Source: Octopus bimaculoides
Lineage: Eukaryota
Assembly (NCBI RefSeq): GCF_001194135.2
Contig: NC_068992.1
Coordinates: forward strand, 54,672,487-54,736,486
Direction: 5' to 3'
DNA: 64,000 nt
Shown here one piece after another: positions 51,002-64,000 of the stretch. The notes under the pieces were generated by a model. The model made no database searches. It saw only the letters and a list, made by a program, of their open reading frames with translations, and was not told where the DNA came from. Numbering within the stretch: the first letter of the stretch is position 1; each line of letters opens with the position of its first letter. Made by a program: the position numbers and the translations under genes.

Positions 51002-51148
51002 GTGTCTGAAAGCCTTGGTCATGATTGGCTACCTCTGAAAAACAGTCAGCTTCCTACAGCTGTCCTAGATGCCCAAGCTGATGCAGAACCTGCCTACATG
51101 CACATCCTGTTAGAAGACCAAGCCTGGAGGGGCAGGAATAAACGCTAA
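51002..51148 (+). CDS. FBXO33: FBXO33-like exon 4 (terminal coding exon)
   Basis: Acceptor TTTACAG ending at 51001. Reads VSESLGHDWLPLKNSQLPTAVLDAQADAEPAYMHILLEDQAWRGRNKR then TAA at 51146-51148. VSESLGHDW resembles FBXO33 VSLGLGQPW. Too short for the ORF track. Confidence 0.82.
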   Translation: MSESLGHDWLPLKNSQLPTAVLDAQADAEPAYMHILLEDQAWRGRNKR

Positions 51149-52537
51149 TCTATTCCTGTGCTTCAAGAGTCTTGAAGTACCCCATACCCTAAATCTGGCC
51201 AGTATGTTGGTTGCATTAATTAACAACTGCTACCTCTTCTTTTTCATTTCCAGTGGCGGGGTTTTGACATCATTAAACGTTACAGACGTACAAACAAACA
51301 AACAAAAAAAACAAAAAGGAAAAAAATGTCCCAAATAAAATGGAAAAAAAAAAAAGAGAGACACTTTCACAAAATAACATGTCGATGGCAAAAGAATTGA
51401 TAGCATACTTAGCCAAATCAAAATCAGATCTGTGAATGCCAGTGGGATGGGGTGGAGAAAGAAATCTTTTTTCTATTTTTTTTTTTTTGAAAAAAAAAAA
51501 GAAAACAGACTTTTTTTTTTGTTTAGCACTAGTTCACTATTGTAATTTATTATTTCTTGTGGCTCTAAATGTGCTTTAACGTTCTCATTTTTGTGGTGCT
51601 AGGCTCCTCTAACTGCTTNNNNNNNNNNNNNNNNNNNNNNNNNNNNNNNNNNNNNNNNNNNNNNNNNNNNNNNNNNNNNNNNNNNNNNNNNNNNNNNNNN
51701 NNNNNNNNNNNNNNNNNNNNNNNNNNNNNNNNNNNNNNNNNNNNNNNNNNNNNNNNNNNNNNNNNNNNNNNNNNNNNNNNNNNNNNNNNNNNNNNNNNNN
51801 NNNNNNNNNNNNNNNNNNNNNNNNNNNNNNNNNNNNNNNNNNNNNNNNNNNNNNNNNNNNNNNNNNNNNNNNNNNNNNNNNNNNNNNNNNNNNNNNNNNN
51901 NNNNNNNNNNNNNNNNNNNNNNNNNNNNNNNNNNNNNNNNNNNNNNNNNNNNNNNNNNNNNNNNNNNNNNNNNNNNNNNNNNNNNNNNNNNNNNNNNNNN
52001 NNNNNNNNNNNNNNNNNNNNNNNNNNNNNNNNNNNNNNNNNNNNNNNNNNNNNNNNNNNNNNNNNNNNNNNNNNNNNNNNNNNNNNNNNNNNNNNNNNNN
52101 NNNNNNNNNNNNNNNNNNNNNNNNNNNNNNNNNNNNNNNNNNNNNNNNNNNNNNNNNNNNNNNNNNNNNNNNNNNNNNNNNNNNNNNNNNNNNNNNNNNN
52201 NNNNNNNNNNNNNNNNNNNNNNNNNNNNNNNNNNNNNNNNNNNNNNNNNNNNNNNNNNNNNNNNNNNNNNNNNNNNNNNNNNNNNNNNNNNNNNNNNNNN
52301 NNNNNNNNNNNNNNNNNNNNNNNNNNNNNNNNNNNNNNNNNNNNNNNNNNNNNNNNNNNNNNNNNNNNNNNNNNNNNNNNNNNNNNNNNNNNNNNNNNNN
52401 NNNNNNNNNNNNNNNNNNNNNNNNNNNNNNNNNNNNNNNNNNNNNNNTAGACGAAGATGAAAATGGAAGACGACGACTATGATGATGACAATCTATAAAG
52501 TATAACCGACCCATCTGTTGGCTATGCCTTTCAGCGC

Positions 52538-52574
<37 letters not shown>

Positions 52575-52594
52575 AACATATATATAAAAACATA

Positions 52595-52635
<41 letters not shown>

Positions 52636-52960
52636 CACCAGTATTGATGATAGACTAAAGTGAGTCAGCAACAGTGCTTTAAAGAACAAAAAATATATAC
52701 ACTAATTAGCAGTGGTGTTATCTATTTATCAACCGGCCAAACCTAATCTCTGTAGCAAGGATGGTGACTGTTTGTATGTGTGTGTGTGTGTGTGTGTGTA
52801 TGCATGCATGCACGTATGCTTTTGCATGTGAAAGTATATGTGTGTATAGCTGCATGCTTGTGAGTGCATGTTTATATATATATATATATATATACATACA
52901 CACATACATGTATATATGTGTGTGTTTATACATGAGTATCTGTGATTGTGTGTGTGTGTG

Positions 52961-53009
<49 letters not shown>

Positions 53010-54750
53010 AACTGTACACTTTGCATTGCTACAGAGAATATTGAATGAACCGGACAGTGTAATTCTCTACATTTGAGTAATTTCCAAAGGTCTTCAGGTT
53101 TCAATCAGATTTTTGTTTAAAAAAGTAAAGAAAACCAAATGTATTTTTATTTCAATATATTGTACAAAAAAAAAAAGAAAAAAAAGCGACGGATTTTATA
53201 TTATTTTTATTCTTGTCCATGTAATTCTTCTAAGTCAGTGAAAAATATTTCAAAGCAGACAACAAAATTCTAAATTATCTGTATCGTTAAAAAACTATTT
53301 TTTAATTGTGGTTCAATCTCATAAGTAACAGAAGGGGCATCGTGTGTCTTGTTAAACGCTACAATAACTATAAAAACGAAAAGAACAAAGCCATCACAAA
53401 CTGCACGTTATAAGCCTTAAAAATGTACGGCAAGAACAATCAGCATATTTTTGATACGATACAGATATACACAAGCATTTTTATTTGTTGTATTTGATAA
53501 ATTGTATATTTGAGTTTTGAGAGGGCTGCTCCTATTTTAAAAAAAAAAATACCCTTTTGTTTCTTATCTCCTTATACATGATACTTGCTCAGATTTTTTG
53601 AAAATCAATTATTCATTTTGGTGAAATCTCCTCTTCAAATGTCTTCTGCCAATACATTTGTTAACTTCAGTGATGTATGGGTTTTAAAACAGTAGCTTTT
53701 TTCCCCTTTGTGTGTGTGTGTGTGCATGTGTTTGGCTGTATATATATATGAGTTTATGTGTTTTGTATATGTATAAAATGTATATACATTTTTCATATGT
53801 ATTTATACATTTTGCATAATGTGTATAAAATATTTATGCATTTCTGTGTATGTATTTGTGTGTTGTACAATATGCATTATGTGTTTGTGTATATATATAT
53901 AATGTATATACATTTTTGTATATGTATTTATGCATTCTGTGCAGTATATATTATTTATTCTGTATATGTATAAACATATACATTTGTATGTATATACTTA
54001 TACATTTTGTATATGTATTATGCATGTGTATGCATTTTTGTGTATATATTCATATATTTTGTGTGATATATATTATGCATATATGTATTAATTCAGTATA
54101 TATTTGCATATTTTGGATATGTGTTATATATTTTGTGTGTGTGTATGTGCGTGTTGTGCATACCAAGTGTAAAAACCTTAACATTCTCATTGCCTTTTCT
54201 TCTTGATTTGAGAAACCATTCGTTCTCTGTTAAGTCTTGAAAATCTCTTGTACTAATTTACCGAATTCAGGCTATAGATTTATCAACTATTTCCAGTATA
54301 TACTAGTACAAAGTGCCGCCTCAACAACATTGTTTTGCTGTGATGTTTTAGGTGTGAACCTTCTTGAAGTTGTACTCAACTAAGTATACTCCACACACGC
54401 TGCTACACTTGAATCCTGTTTAACAGCAACAACCTACCTCAGACTATCTTTGTGTACATGCTATACACACACACATACACTCACGAATATGTGAGTTTAT
54501 GTGTTTATATATAAATATACTTGTGTATGTATGCAAATATCAATACAGCCCTCTCTTCCGTATGCATATATTGTAAGCATTAACAGATTTGTATGCCTAG
54601 ATCTGAATATATTTCCTCAAAGTACAGTTTTGTTTGCTCATGCATATACATACATAAACACAACACAGATGTATACAACATATTTATTTGTAATGTAGCT
54701 GCGATTATAGGAATGCTTGCAGAGTGTGTACTTGTGCGTATATGTATGTG

Positions 54751-54792
<42 letters not shown>

Positions 54793-55039
54793 NNNNNNNN
54801 NNNNNNNNNNNNNNNNNNNNNNNNNNNNNNNNNNNNNNNNNNNNNNNNNNNNNNNNNNNNNNNNNNNNNNNNNNNNNNNNNNNNNNNNNNNNNNNNNNNN
54901 NNNNNNNNNNNNNNNNNNNNNNNNNNNNNNNNNNNNNNNNNNNNNNNNNNNNNNNNNNNNNNNNNNNNNNNNNNNNNNNNNNNNNNNNNNNNNNNNNNNN
55001 NNNNNNNNNNNNNNNNNNNNNNNNNNNNNNNNNNNNNNN

Positions 55040-55070
<31 letters not shown>

Positions 55071-56111
55071 TATATATATATATGTATGTATATACACTGT
55101 CACATACAGACATAGGCATGTGAAGCATATTAGTTACTCTATTAAAATTTTCTTTACTGTGCCAATGTTTAGTATTGATAAGATAAGGCCATTTCAATAT
55201 TACATGAGATAAAATTATACGATTAACAACAATTTGCTTCCATACAATAGCTTTTGATCTTCACTTCTAATTATTATTATTTTTTTTTTCTGCTTTCTAT
55301 TTAATTACTTAAATACTGTAAATGAGGAAAAAAGACACTGAAAAGCCTGTAAAATGAAGGAGAACCTGTACAAACTTTAAACAAATGCTAATTTTTATAG
55401 GTCATAGCTTGTGTGTTTTTTTTCCTCATTTCTGTGTTGCTAATAATTTGCTGTTTTAAGTAGATCATAATGGGGAAATCTAGGAGTATATCAGTTCATT
55501 GTTACTATGTGATATGCAAGTATGTCTGTACATGAAGGTATTGCTCTCGGTAGTTTCCCGAGTCTGAGAAAGATGGTTCTGCAATCTCTTGCTGCTCAGA
55601 TTATTCGTTTACCGTGATCAAATGTTTGTGCTGTTAATGAGCTCACTTTCTCCTAACTGACATTGCTTGTACAGACACATGACCTGCCACCTATCAGATA
55701 TCGAAGTGATTGTAGAACAACATGAGATGAAATCTTTTGCTCAAGAACACAACACACTGCCTGGTCCATGAATTGAAACCATGATCTTGCGATCATGTGA
55801 ATGTACACATGTTACAAGTATACATGTATGTTTAAAGCATATCCATTTAGGTATAATGTGTTTACAGTTACCAGAGAGAAAGCAAGCTGGAAATAAACTT
55901 CTAGTCATCCAGTGGAGCATGGTTCTGTTTAGCATTTTCTCGTATCATTCCACTGGGGTTTACTGTGATGGACATTGTATAAGAGTCACCTAGCAACATT
56001 CTTTGTTACTTTGTAAAAAGGATTAAAGATTAAAAAAAAAAAAGCTAGAAGGTTAAAATACGGAGAAAGCAAAATATATAAAAAAAATATAGAAAAATAT
56101 TGAAAACACTA

Positions 56112-56401
56112 TCAGTGGCTGTGTGGTAAGTAGCTTGCTTACCAACCACATGGTTCCGGGTTCAGTCCCACTGTGTGGCACCTTGGGCAAGTGTCTTCTA
56201 CTATAGCCTCAGGCCGACCAAAGCCTTGTGAGTGGATATGGTAGACGGAAACTGAAAGAAGCCTGTCGTATATATGTATATATAGATATATGTGTGTGTC
56301 TGTGTTTGTCCCCCCAACATCGCTTGACAACCGATGCTGGTGTGTTTACGTCCCCGTAACTTAGCGGTTCGGCAAAAAGAGACCGATAGAGTAAGTACTA
56401 G
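56112..56401 (+). mobile_element. SINE family C, truncated by gap
   Basis: gtggctgtgtggtaagtagcttgcttaccaaccacatggttccgggttcagtccc... Confidence 0.9.
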
Positions 56402-56842
56402 NNNNNNNNNNNNNNNNNNNNNNNNNNNNNNNNNNNNNNNNNNNNNNNNNNNNNNNNNNNNNNNNNNNNNNNNNNNNNNNNNNNNNNNNNNNNNNNNNNN
56501 NNNNNNNNNNNNNNNNNNNNNNNNNNNNNNNNNNNNNNNNNNNNNNNNNNNNNNNNNNNNNNNNNNNNNNNNNNNNNNNNNNNNNNNNNNNNNNNNNNNN
56601 NNNNNNNNNNNNNNNNNNNNNNNNNNNNNNNNNNNNNNNNNNNNNNNNNNNNNNNNNNNNNNNNNNNNNNNNNNNNNNNNNNNNNNNNNNNNNNNNNNNN
56701 NNNNNNNNNNNNNNNNNNNNNNNNNNNNNNNNNNNNNNNNNNNNNNNNNNNNNNNNNNNNNNNNNNNNNNNNNNNNNNNNNNNNNNNNNNNNNNNNNNNN
56801 NNNNNNNNNNNNNNNNNNNNNNNNNNNNNNNNNNNNNNNNNN

Positions 56843-56878
<36 letters not shown>

Positions 56879-57129
56879 CTATTGCATCTTCAAGAAGGTT
56901 CCATTACCTGCCCCTTTCTCTAAACCCCAACTTTCTACTAGTATATAACATCTTTCAGTGGTACCACCCAAAGTTTGATTTAACATTCTCTGAACAGTTA
57001 CCTATTTAACTGAATTTTATTTTTTTGTATTTATTTGTCGTTTATGAATAAGGAATTTAATTGTAATTTTATGAATTCGATATATTCCACCATATAATGT
57101 ATCATAGCTATTTTGTTGTTTCAAAAAAT

Positions 57130-57330
57130 GTCCAATTTTCCATGCATGCATGGGTCAGACAGAGTTTGTTGAAGTAGATTTTCTATGGCTGGGTGCCCTT
57201 CCTGTCACCAACCATCACTTGTTTCTTTGCTAGGTAAATATTTCATCAGGGCCTGATATGTTTCCACAAAAGATTCGAAATGAACAACAGTATTCGTATC
57301 AGGGCGATGCTCTTTTATAATTACCACCCA
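57130..57330 (-). mobile_element. Family D retroposon, decayed
   Basis: ttttccatgcatgcatggg...gggtgcccttcctgtcaccaacc. Confidence 0.6.
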
Positions 57331-58097
57331 GTGTCAAGACAAGTACTCACAAGCATACATACACACATAGCCAAACTTATACACACACACATTCTTTATA
57401 TATATATATANNNNNNNNNNAAAAGCATTCCATCCACTGAGGGATAAATATCATTTAATATACCCAGGATTTAGATGTGAGCTACTATAAATTTCCTACC
57501 TCTGATAGTACACTATGCAGACAAGTCTGAATGGTTGCCTCATAATATATATCGTACTATACAAACTCATCTGATTATTGTATTATTAGAGGCATGAAAC
57601 TTATTGCAGCTTGCAAATAAATCCTGTATATTTTAAAGAAGCCTCTTGTATGTTATAGCATATATATATATATAAATATAAATATTTAAATATTTTTTAA
57701 AATTAAAGATGAATAATCAGATAGGTTCGACAATTCAAAAAACATTACAATATAAACCGACCCAAAAGGAGTAATTATAATGTATTTAATGCATCTCTCA
57801 TTAAAAAGTTCAATACCGAAGCAATACTAAAAACAGTCAGTATTGAAACAATACTAAAAATTTCAAAATATTAAAAATATAATAGACATATATGTGCGAC
57901 AAATTATACAAATCTATAAAAGTATATGAGAAATATATATATACATATTCAAAGATATAGTCCTACTTACTAATAAACGTTAATTTAACAGTGTTAAAGA
58001 TTATAAGGTGTCCACAGTATAGTGTATAAAGTGATAAAATGTCCAGGGTATAGTGTATAAAGAAATAATGTATAGATTAAACGTTGGTTTTTCATTG

Positions 58098-58135
<38 letters not shown>

Positions 58136-58373
58136 TTAGGGAAAAGAACCAAGGTTCATGAACTCATCAATGAAGATCCACTGTCACATATAGAAAAATT
58201 AATCCTTTCTAGATGGGATGGGGATATCCTTCAAAGATGAATTCCAAAACAGTGGCTCTATCCTACCTGTAAATTCCATAATCAACGAAAATTGGAAGTT
58301 AAATACAAACAATAAACGTTAATTATAAATTGGAGAAATATAATAANNNNNNNNNNACGTTGGTTTTTCATTG

Positions 58374-58410
<37 letters not shown>

Positions 58411-59699
58411 TATAGAATGCAAAAGTCTTTTAGTTTCCAATCTAGTAAATCAACTCAGGCCTTTGGTCAGCTGGGTCCTAAGAAGACACTTGCCTAAGGT
58501 GCCGTGCTGTGGGACTGAACTAGTGAGAGAGAGAGAAAGAAACTGAATTATTATTGTTCTTTGTGAAGAAGATATGCAGATAGGGGTTAAGAGACTGAAC
58601 TCTTTACTGACCCTTGTTTTTATGATCTTAGATCTTGTTTCAGTACAGTTTCCTCGGTCTTTTTCAACTTGTATGGAAAATAGATATCCCTTTCTCTTCT
58701 CTTCCTTTTTTTTTTTTATATTGGTTGAAAGAAACAATTGAAAAATGCACTCAAGTACAGCAGACAATTGTCTCAATGCTACACAGATATCCAAATTTAT
58801 TTTGGGAAATATATTAAACACCAATGCCAGCATGGAAAACGGATGTTAAATGACGATAATGAGGATGATTATGATGAAAATTAAAACTCCACTCGCACTG
58901 AAACCAAATTGGGTGTGATGTGAAACTAAGTCAAAAAAATTAACTTAGTAAATCTAATAGATAGCTATATAAAACTTATATAAGATTTTAAAAATAAAGC
59001 TTAAAGTTTAAATATCATTGTAATGATATTATTTATGTATTTCATGATATATTTGGTATTACATTTTTATCTAAATTATTTTTGTTTTGTTTTAATATTC
59101 TTCATTGATCTGATTATTTTATATAAGCTATCAATTAATCTAACTGCTGATATTCCCAGATGCTCCCTTTTAAATTTTATGTATGTGTGTATATATATGT
59201 ATATGTGTGTGTGTTTGTGTCTGAATACGTGTGTGGGTGGGTGTATACATAATACCTAAAAAATCTCATCTTATTTTCAATCTGAGAAAAAAAACAACAG
59301 AGAACAATTTTTTTTGTTTGTTTGACTTAAACGTTTTTTTTTTTGTAAACATAACAACAAAAGCAACATTTTTTTTTTTGTTGTTTAAAAATGTATTGGC
59401 AGACCCTTTTTTTTTTCTCTCTCTTTTATTTCTCATTCCCTCTTCCATCCTTCATTTCTCCCCACACCCTGCCTCTTAAATCTATTTTCTTGCCCTCTCT
59501 CTCTTTTTGAACTCCTTTTTTTTTTTTTTGTTGTTTCTTTACTGATTGAATTACTCTTAAAAAGACAAGAAGAGGAAAACACATTTTGAGTGTACATATT
59601 ATTTGAAGAAACTGGACTGTATGTTACCAAAAAGTCAGAGGCAGTGCTGCTGTTGTTGCTGCTGTTGTTGCTGCTGCTGGTGTTTTGTTAATTAATTTA

Positions 59700-59776
59700 T
59701 CTCTATCTATACATGTAAGTATATATATATATATGCACATATACACATATATATACATATGACATATGTATGTGTG

Positions 59777-59835
<59 letters not shown>

Positions 59836-60076
59836 GCGCGCATGTATATGTGTGTGTATAAATGTATATATGTATGTATACATATATACCTTCAATCTAT
59901 ATATATATATATATATATATATACATAAACTATATACATGTATATTTATATATATATGCATACAATATATATATATATGTATATACATATGCATATGTGA
60001 ATATGTACATGTCTATATGTGTGTATATGTACATGTATATATATATGTGTGTGTGTGTGTGTGTATACATACATTT

Positions 60077-60113
<37 letters not shown>

Positions 60114-60125
60114 TCACACGCACAC
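59700..60125. repeat. Compound (TA)n/(CA)n/(TG)n microsatellite block
   Basis: Directly visible; similar blocks at 52540-53010, 53750-54150 and 63530-63860. Confidence 0.95.
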
Positions 60126-61384
60126 ACGTTTTTTTTTTTTCTTTTTGGTGGTGTTGTTACCAACTTGCAAAGACCAATTAGGTATTGCACATCATTGCTG
60201 TAATGTCATGCTTAACAAGTCAACTAAGTAACTGTCTCAGCCAATGAGATGACAAGGATTGAAGAATTCAATCACAAATTTAGCTGTGATAACAACTTGA
60301 GAGTAAAAATCTTTATTTTTATGAGTTTTCTTTTTTCATGCAGGAGTCTACGATTTAAAACATTTTCTTAAAGTGGTGGTAACATGGATGTTGTACAAAA
60401 AAAAAAAAAANNNNNNNNNNNNNNNNNNNNNNNNNNNNNNNNNNNNNNNNNNNNNNNNNNNNNNNNNNNNNNNNNNNNNNNNNNNNNNNNNNNNNNNNNN
60501 NNNNNNNNNNNNNNNNNNNNNNNNNNNNNNNNNNNNNNNNNNNNNNNNNNNNNNNNNNNNNNNNNNNNNNNNNNNNNNNNNNNNNNNNNNNNNNNNNNNN
60601 NNNNNNNNNNNNNNNNNNNNNNNNNNNNNNNNNNNNNNNNNNNNNNNNNNNNNNNNNNNNNNNNNNNNNNNNNNNNNNNNNNNNNNNNNNNNNNNNNNNN
60701 NNNNNNNNNNNNNNNNNNNNNNNNNNNNNNNNNNNNNNNNNNNNNNNNNNNNNNNNNNNNNNNNNNNNNNNNNNNNNNNNNNNNNNNNNNNNNNNNNNNN
60801 NNNNNNNNNNNNNNNNNNNNNNNNNNNNNNNNNNNNNNNNNNNNNNNNNNNNNNNNNNNNNNNNNNNNNNNNNNNNNNNNNNNNNNNNNNNNNNNNNNNN
60901 NNNNNNNNNNNNNNNNNNNNNNNNNNNNNNNNNNNNNNNNNNNNNNNNNNNNNNNNNNNNNNNNNNNNNNNNNNNNNNNNNNNNNNNNNNNNNNNNNNNN
61001 NNNNNNNNNNNNNNNNNNNNNNNNNNNNNNNNNNNNNNNNNNNNNNNNNNNNNNNNNNNNNNNNNNNNNNNNNNNNNNNNNNNNNNNNNNNNNNNNNNNN
61101 NNNNNNNNNNNNNNNNNNNNNNNNNNNNNNNNNNNNNNNNNNNNNNNNNNNNNNNNNNNNNNNNNNNNNNNNNNNNNNNNNNNNNNNNNNNNNNNNNNNN
61201 NNNNNNNNNNNNNNNNNNNNNNNNNNNNNNNNNNNNNNNNNNNNNNNNAATTCTATATTGTAGATCCATGGATGGGCTCAGACAAACTGGTTTCCACACA
61301 GAGTGAAACAAGAAACAAGTTAGAAATAATGGTCATTACATATTTTTCCTTTATATGTAACGACCATTATTTTTAACTTGTTTC

Positions 61385-61425
<41 letters not shown>

Positions 61426-61619
61426 TTTAATGTGTCTGTGATGTATGTGTGTCTGTGTCTGTCTATGTTTTTGTATGATTATTCCAGTTTAGTTATTTTG
61501 ATGCTCTCTACAAAGGGCATAGCTACTAAGGAAGAAACAAAACTTCACCAGTGGAGATTTCATAGCAAGAACTATTGAGTCTGTGTGTACTTATACCTCT
61601 GTGTATACACATATAGCGA

Positions 61620-61935
61620 TGGTGTGTGGTTTAGCAGCTATGATATTCAGCTCATTACTGTTAGGTCGTGAGTTCGAATCCCGACTGCGCATTTTGTCTT
61701 TGAGCAAGACACTTTGTTTCACGTTGCTTCAATCCACTCAGTCGACAAAAATGTGTTGTAGCTGTTATTCAAAGGCCCAGCCTTGTCACATGCTGTATCA
61801 TGCTGAATCTCCCTGAGAATTATGTTAAGAGTATCCATGTCTGTGGAGTGCTCAACCACTTGCACATTAATTTCACGAACAGACTGTTCTGTCGATTGAA
61901 TCAATTGGAATACTCGTTATAACTGACAAAGTGCT
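61620..61935 (+). mobile_element. SINE family E with family A tail
   Basis: B box gagttcgaatccc, body tttgagcaagacactt...cactcag, then the tail aaaggcccagccttgtcac...gctgaatctccctgagaa. Confidence 0.8.
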
Positions 61936-62563
61936 GGGCTATAGGCATATAAACCCATGTGGGCATGTGTATGGATATAAGTACATGCTACATGATAGAT
62001 ATTTAATAACGACTTTCCATATATGAATCGTGCTTCTTTTATGCCAACATTAGATCTGAACTCTTTTTAACCATTCTAACAATCAGTATGCATTAAGCAG
62101 AAATGCTATTAACTGTGAACATTTTTAATTAATTACAAAGAAACACGAGAATTATGCAAAATTAGTCAAAATTTGTCTTATGTGTAGTGTTTGTGATGAA
62201 TTTGTGTGTGCATATGTATACAGAAAGAATCTATGCCTCTTTGAACAAACTATACATATGTGTGTGTGTGTGTGTGTGTGTGTATGATATTATGTATGAA
62301 GTTGTCGTTCTTCTTGTAGTAATATAGAAGATGGAAAAATTTATGTTTTTGCCTGAAAGGTTTTAGCTTTGATTTACATATTCTTCCTATTCTCTTTTAT
62401 TGAGCTCTCTCACACACATACACACACACACATTCACACCTATATGTGTGTTAGTGTGCATATATATATATATATATGAATGCATATATGTCTATATCAG
62501 TATATATTTCACACAAGTGTGTGTATGTGTGTGTGTGTGTATATAATAAATATNNNNNNNNNN

Positions 62564-62615
<52 letters not shown>

Positions 62616-63680
62616 TGTTTTCAAAGAAAATTCTCAAATGTCTCTTAAATGTGAGGCAAAACTTTGACAATCTCTTCTTGATTAAAATAATATTTCTTTT
62701 ATTGATTTCCTGAATGATTCTACAAACTTTTAAAATTTCTCCAAACTCTAATTAAATAATAAGCGGAGAAATGTGATTATGGCCTTCTAGTCTTGTAAAG
62801 CCACATGTGAAATAGCCAGAAACTTGCCCCATTTTAAGCAGAAACAACACAAACTGAATCACTTTGCAAACACTACTAATACTATTATTACCACTGCTAC
62901 TAATACCAATAATAATTATAAACATCGTCAGAAGTGATTTAATCAACAAAGCAATATCACAATCAGTTTTTCTGTAAAATTTGGATGAAATTCAATTTTT
63001 CTGCATTTGCCGGTGTCACTTGCGAAAAGTTTAAATAGTTGTTATTATGTCACTTGTTGGTAAGATTCTGGTTGGCCTAAAATATATTTTCGCAATACTC
63101 ACAGAAGTTTTAAATTCTATTTTCTAACGGCAAGCTTTTTAAGCTATTATTATTTGTTTGTTCTCTTGCCCATTCTATCCGCCATATATTTTACGTACAT
63201 ACTTACATATAAACACACACACACACACACACACAATCAAATAGAGATATATATGTAAATTATACTGTGTGCCATTGGTAAAATAGAGATTTAACGTTAA
63301 CTGTTCAATTATTATTATTATTATTATTATTAATAATTTTGTTTCTTTTTCTTTCATTCTTGTAAAGTTTAAAATTCGTGTTTTTCATTTTACATTAATT
63401 AATTAATTAATTAATTAATCCTGTTAATAAGAATATAGTTGTGTATCTGATGAGATAAATGTCTGCATAGAGTTAAACATTTAGTAGTAGTAGTAGTAAA
63501 TATCTTAACAGTAATTATGATAATTATATATATGTACACGCATACAAGCTCACACACACATGTATATATACATATATGTGTGTGTGTGCATTGTTATATT
63601 ATTCATGTATGTATACACATGTATATATAATACACACATCTATTTATGTATTTTTCTCTCTCCCTCTCTCTCTGTGTAGA

Positions 63681-63711
<31 letters not shown>

Positions 63712-63751
63712 GTGTGTATGGACATATATGTATCTCTGTGTGTTTGTATTG

Positions 63752-63799
<48 letters not shown>

Positions 63800-64000
63800 C
63801 AAACACACACACATATACACACATATACATGCACAGGGTATGTATATAATGTGTATACATATTAGCTTAGAGAATATTTACCAACATCTATCAAAATTCC
63901 ATTTTAGTTTTTGCGTTGTAAATTTGTTTACAAAGTATAATTATTTAAAAGAGAGAAAAAAAAAAAATATATAGGGATATGTGTTCTCTTGAAGAATAAT

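Noticed and set aside
16398-51148. FBXL3/FBXL21 or FBXL8 assignment for the F-box gene
   Set aside because: The C-terminal motifs EDPFVMLAWRC and AIARLRG and the N-terminal CLFHPSLW...CGRFVR fit FBXO33 better than the recalled FBXL3/8 sequences.
1513-63849. Dozens of ORFs rich in YI/HT/VC/YLSI or X
   Set aside because: Translations of (TA)n, (CA)n and (GATA)n microsatellites or N gaps.

Overview
AT-rich, microsatellite-rich animal genomic DNA from a draft assembly, with about 5 kb of N gaps. The tRNA-derived SINE repertoire suggests a cephalopod, probably Octopus; this is inference, with no database check. The one clearly supported protein-coding gene is a 4-exon FBXO33-like F-box gene on the + strand (16398-17464, 40493-41181, 50138-50298, 51002-51148; 2064 nt, 687 aa plus stop; all introns GT-AG and phase-compatible). 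Its first exon carries a low-complexity insert of about 200 aa. The rest is a transposon landscape: at least five SINE-type families (informal labels A-E), Tc1 and two mariner transposase fossils, a Helitron/Pif1 helicase fragment, CR1-like and RTE-like LINE fragments, and hAT and piggyBac-like MITEs. Several foldback structures are also present. The two most unusual items are a complete minimal type I hammerhead ribozyme motif (893-933, - strand) and a 0.8 kb TIR-bounded element encoding SAP and SWIM motifs (25495-26303). Most other ORFs in the six-frame track are microsatellite, SINE or N-gap artefacts.
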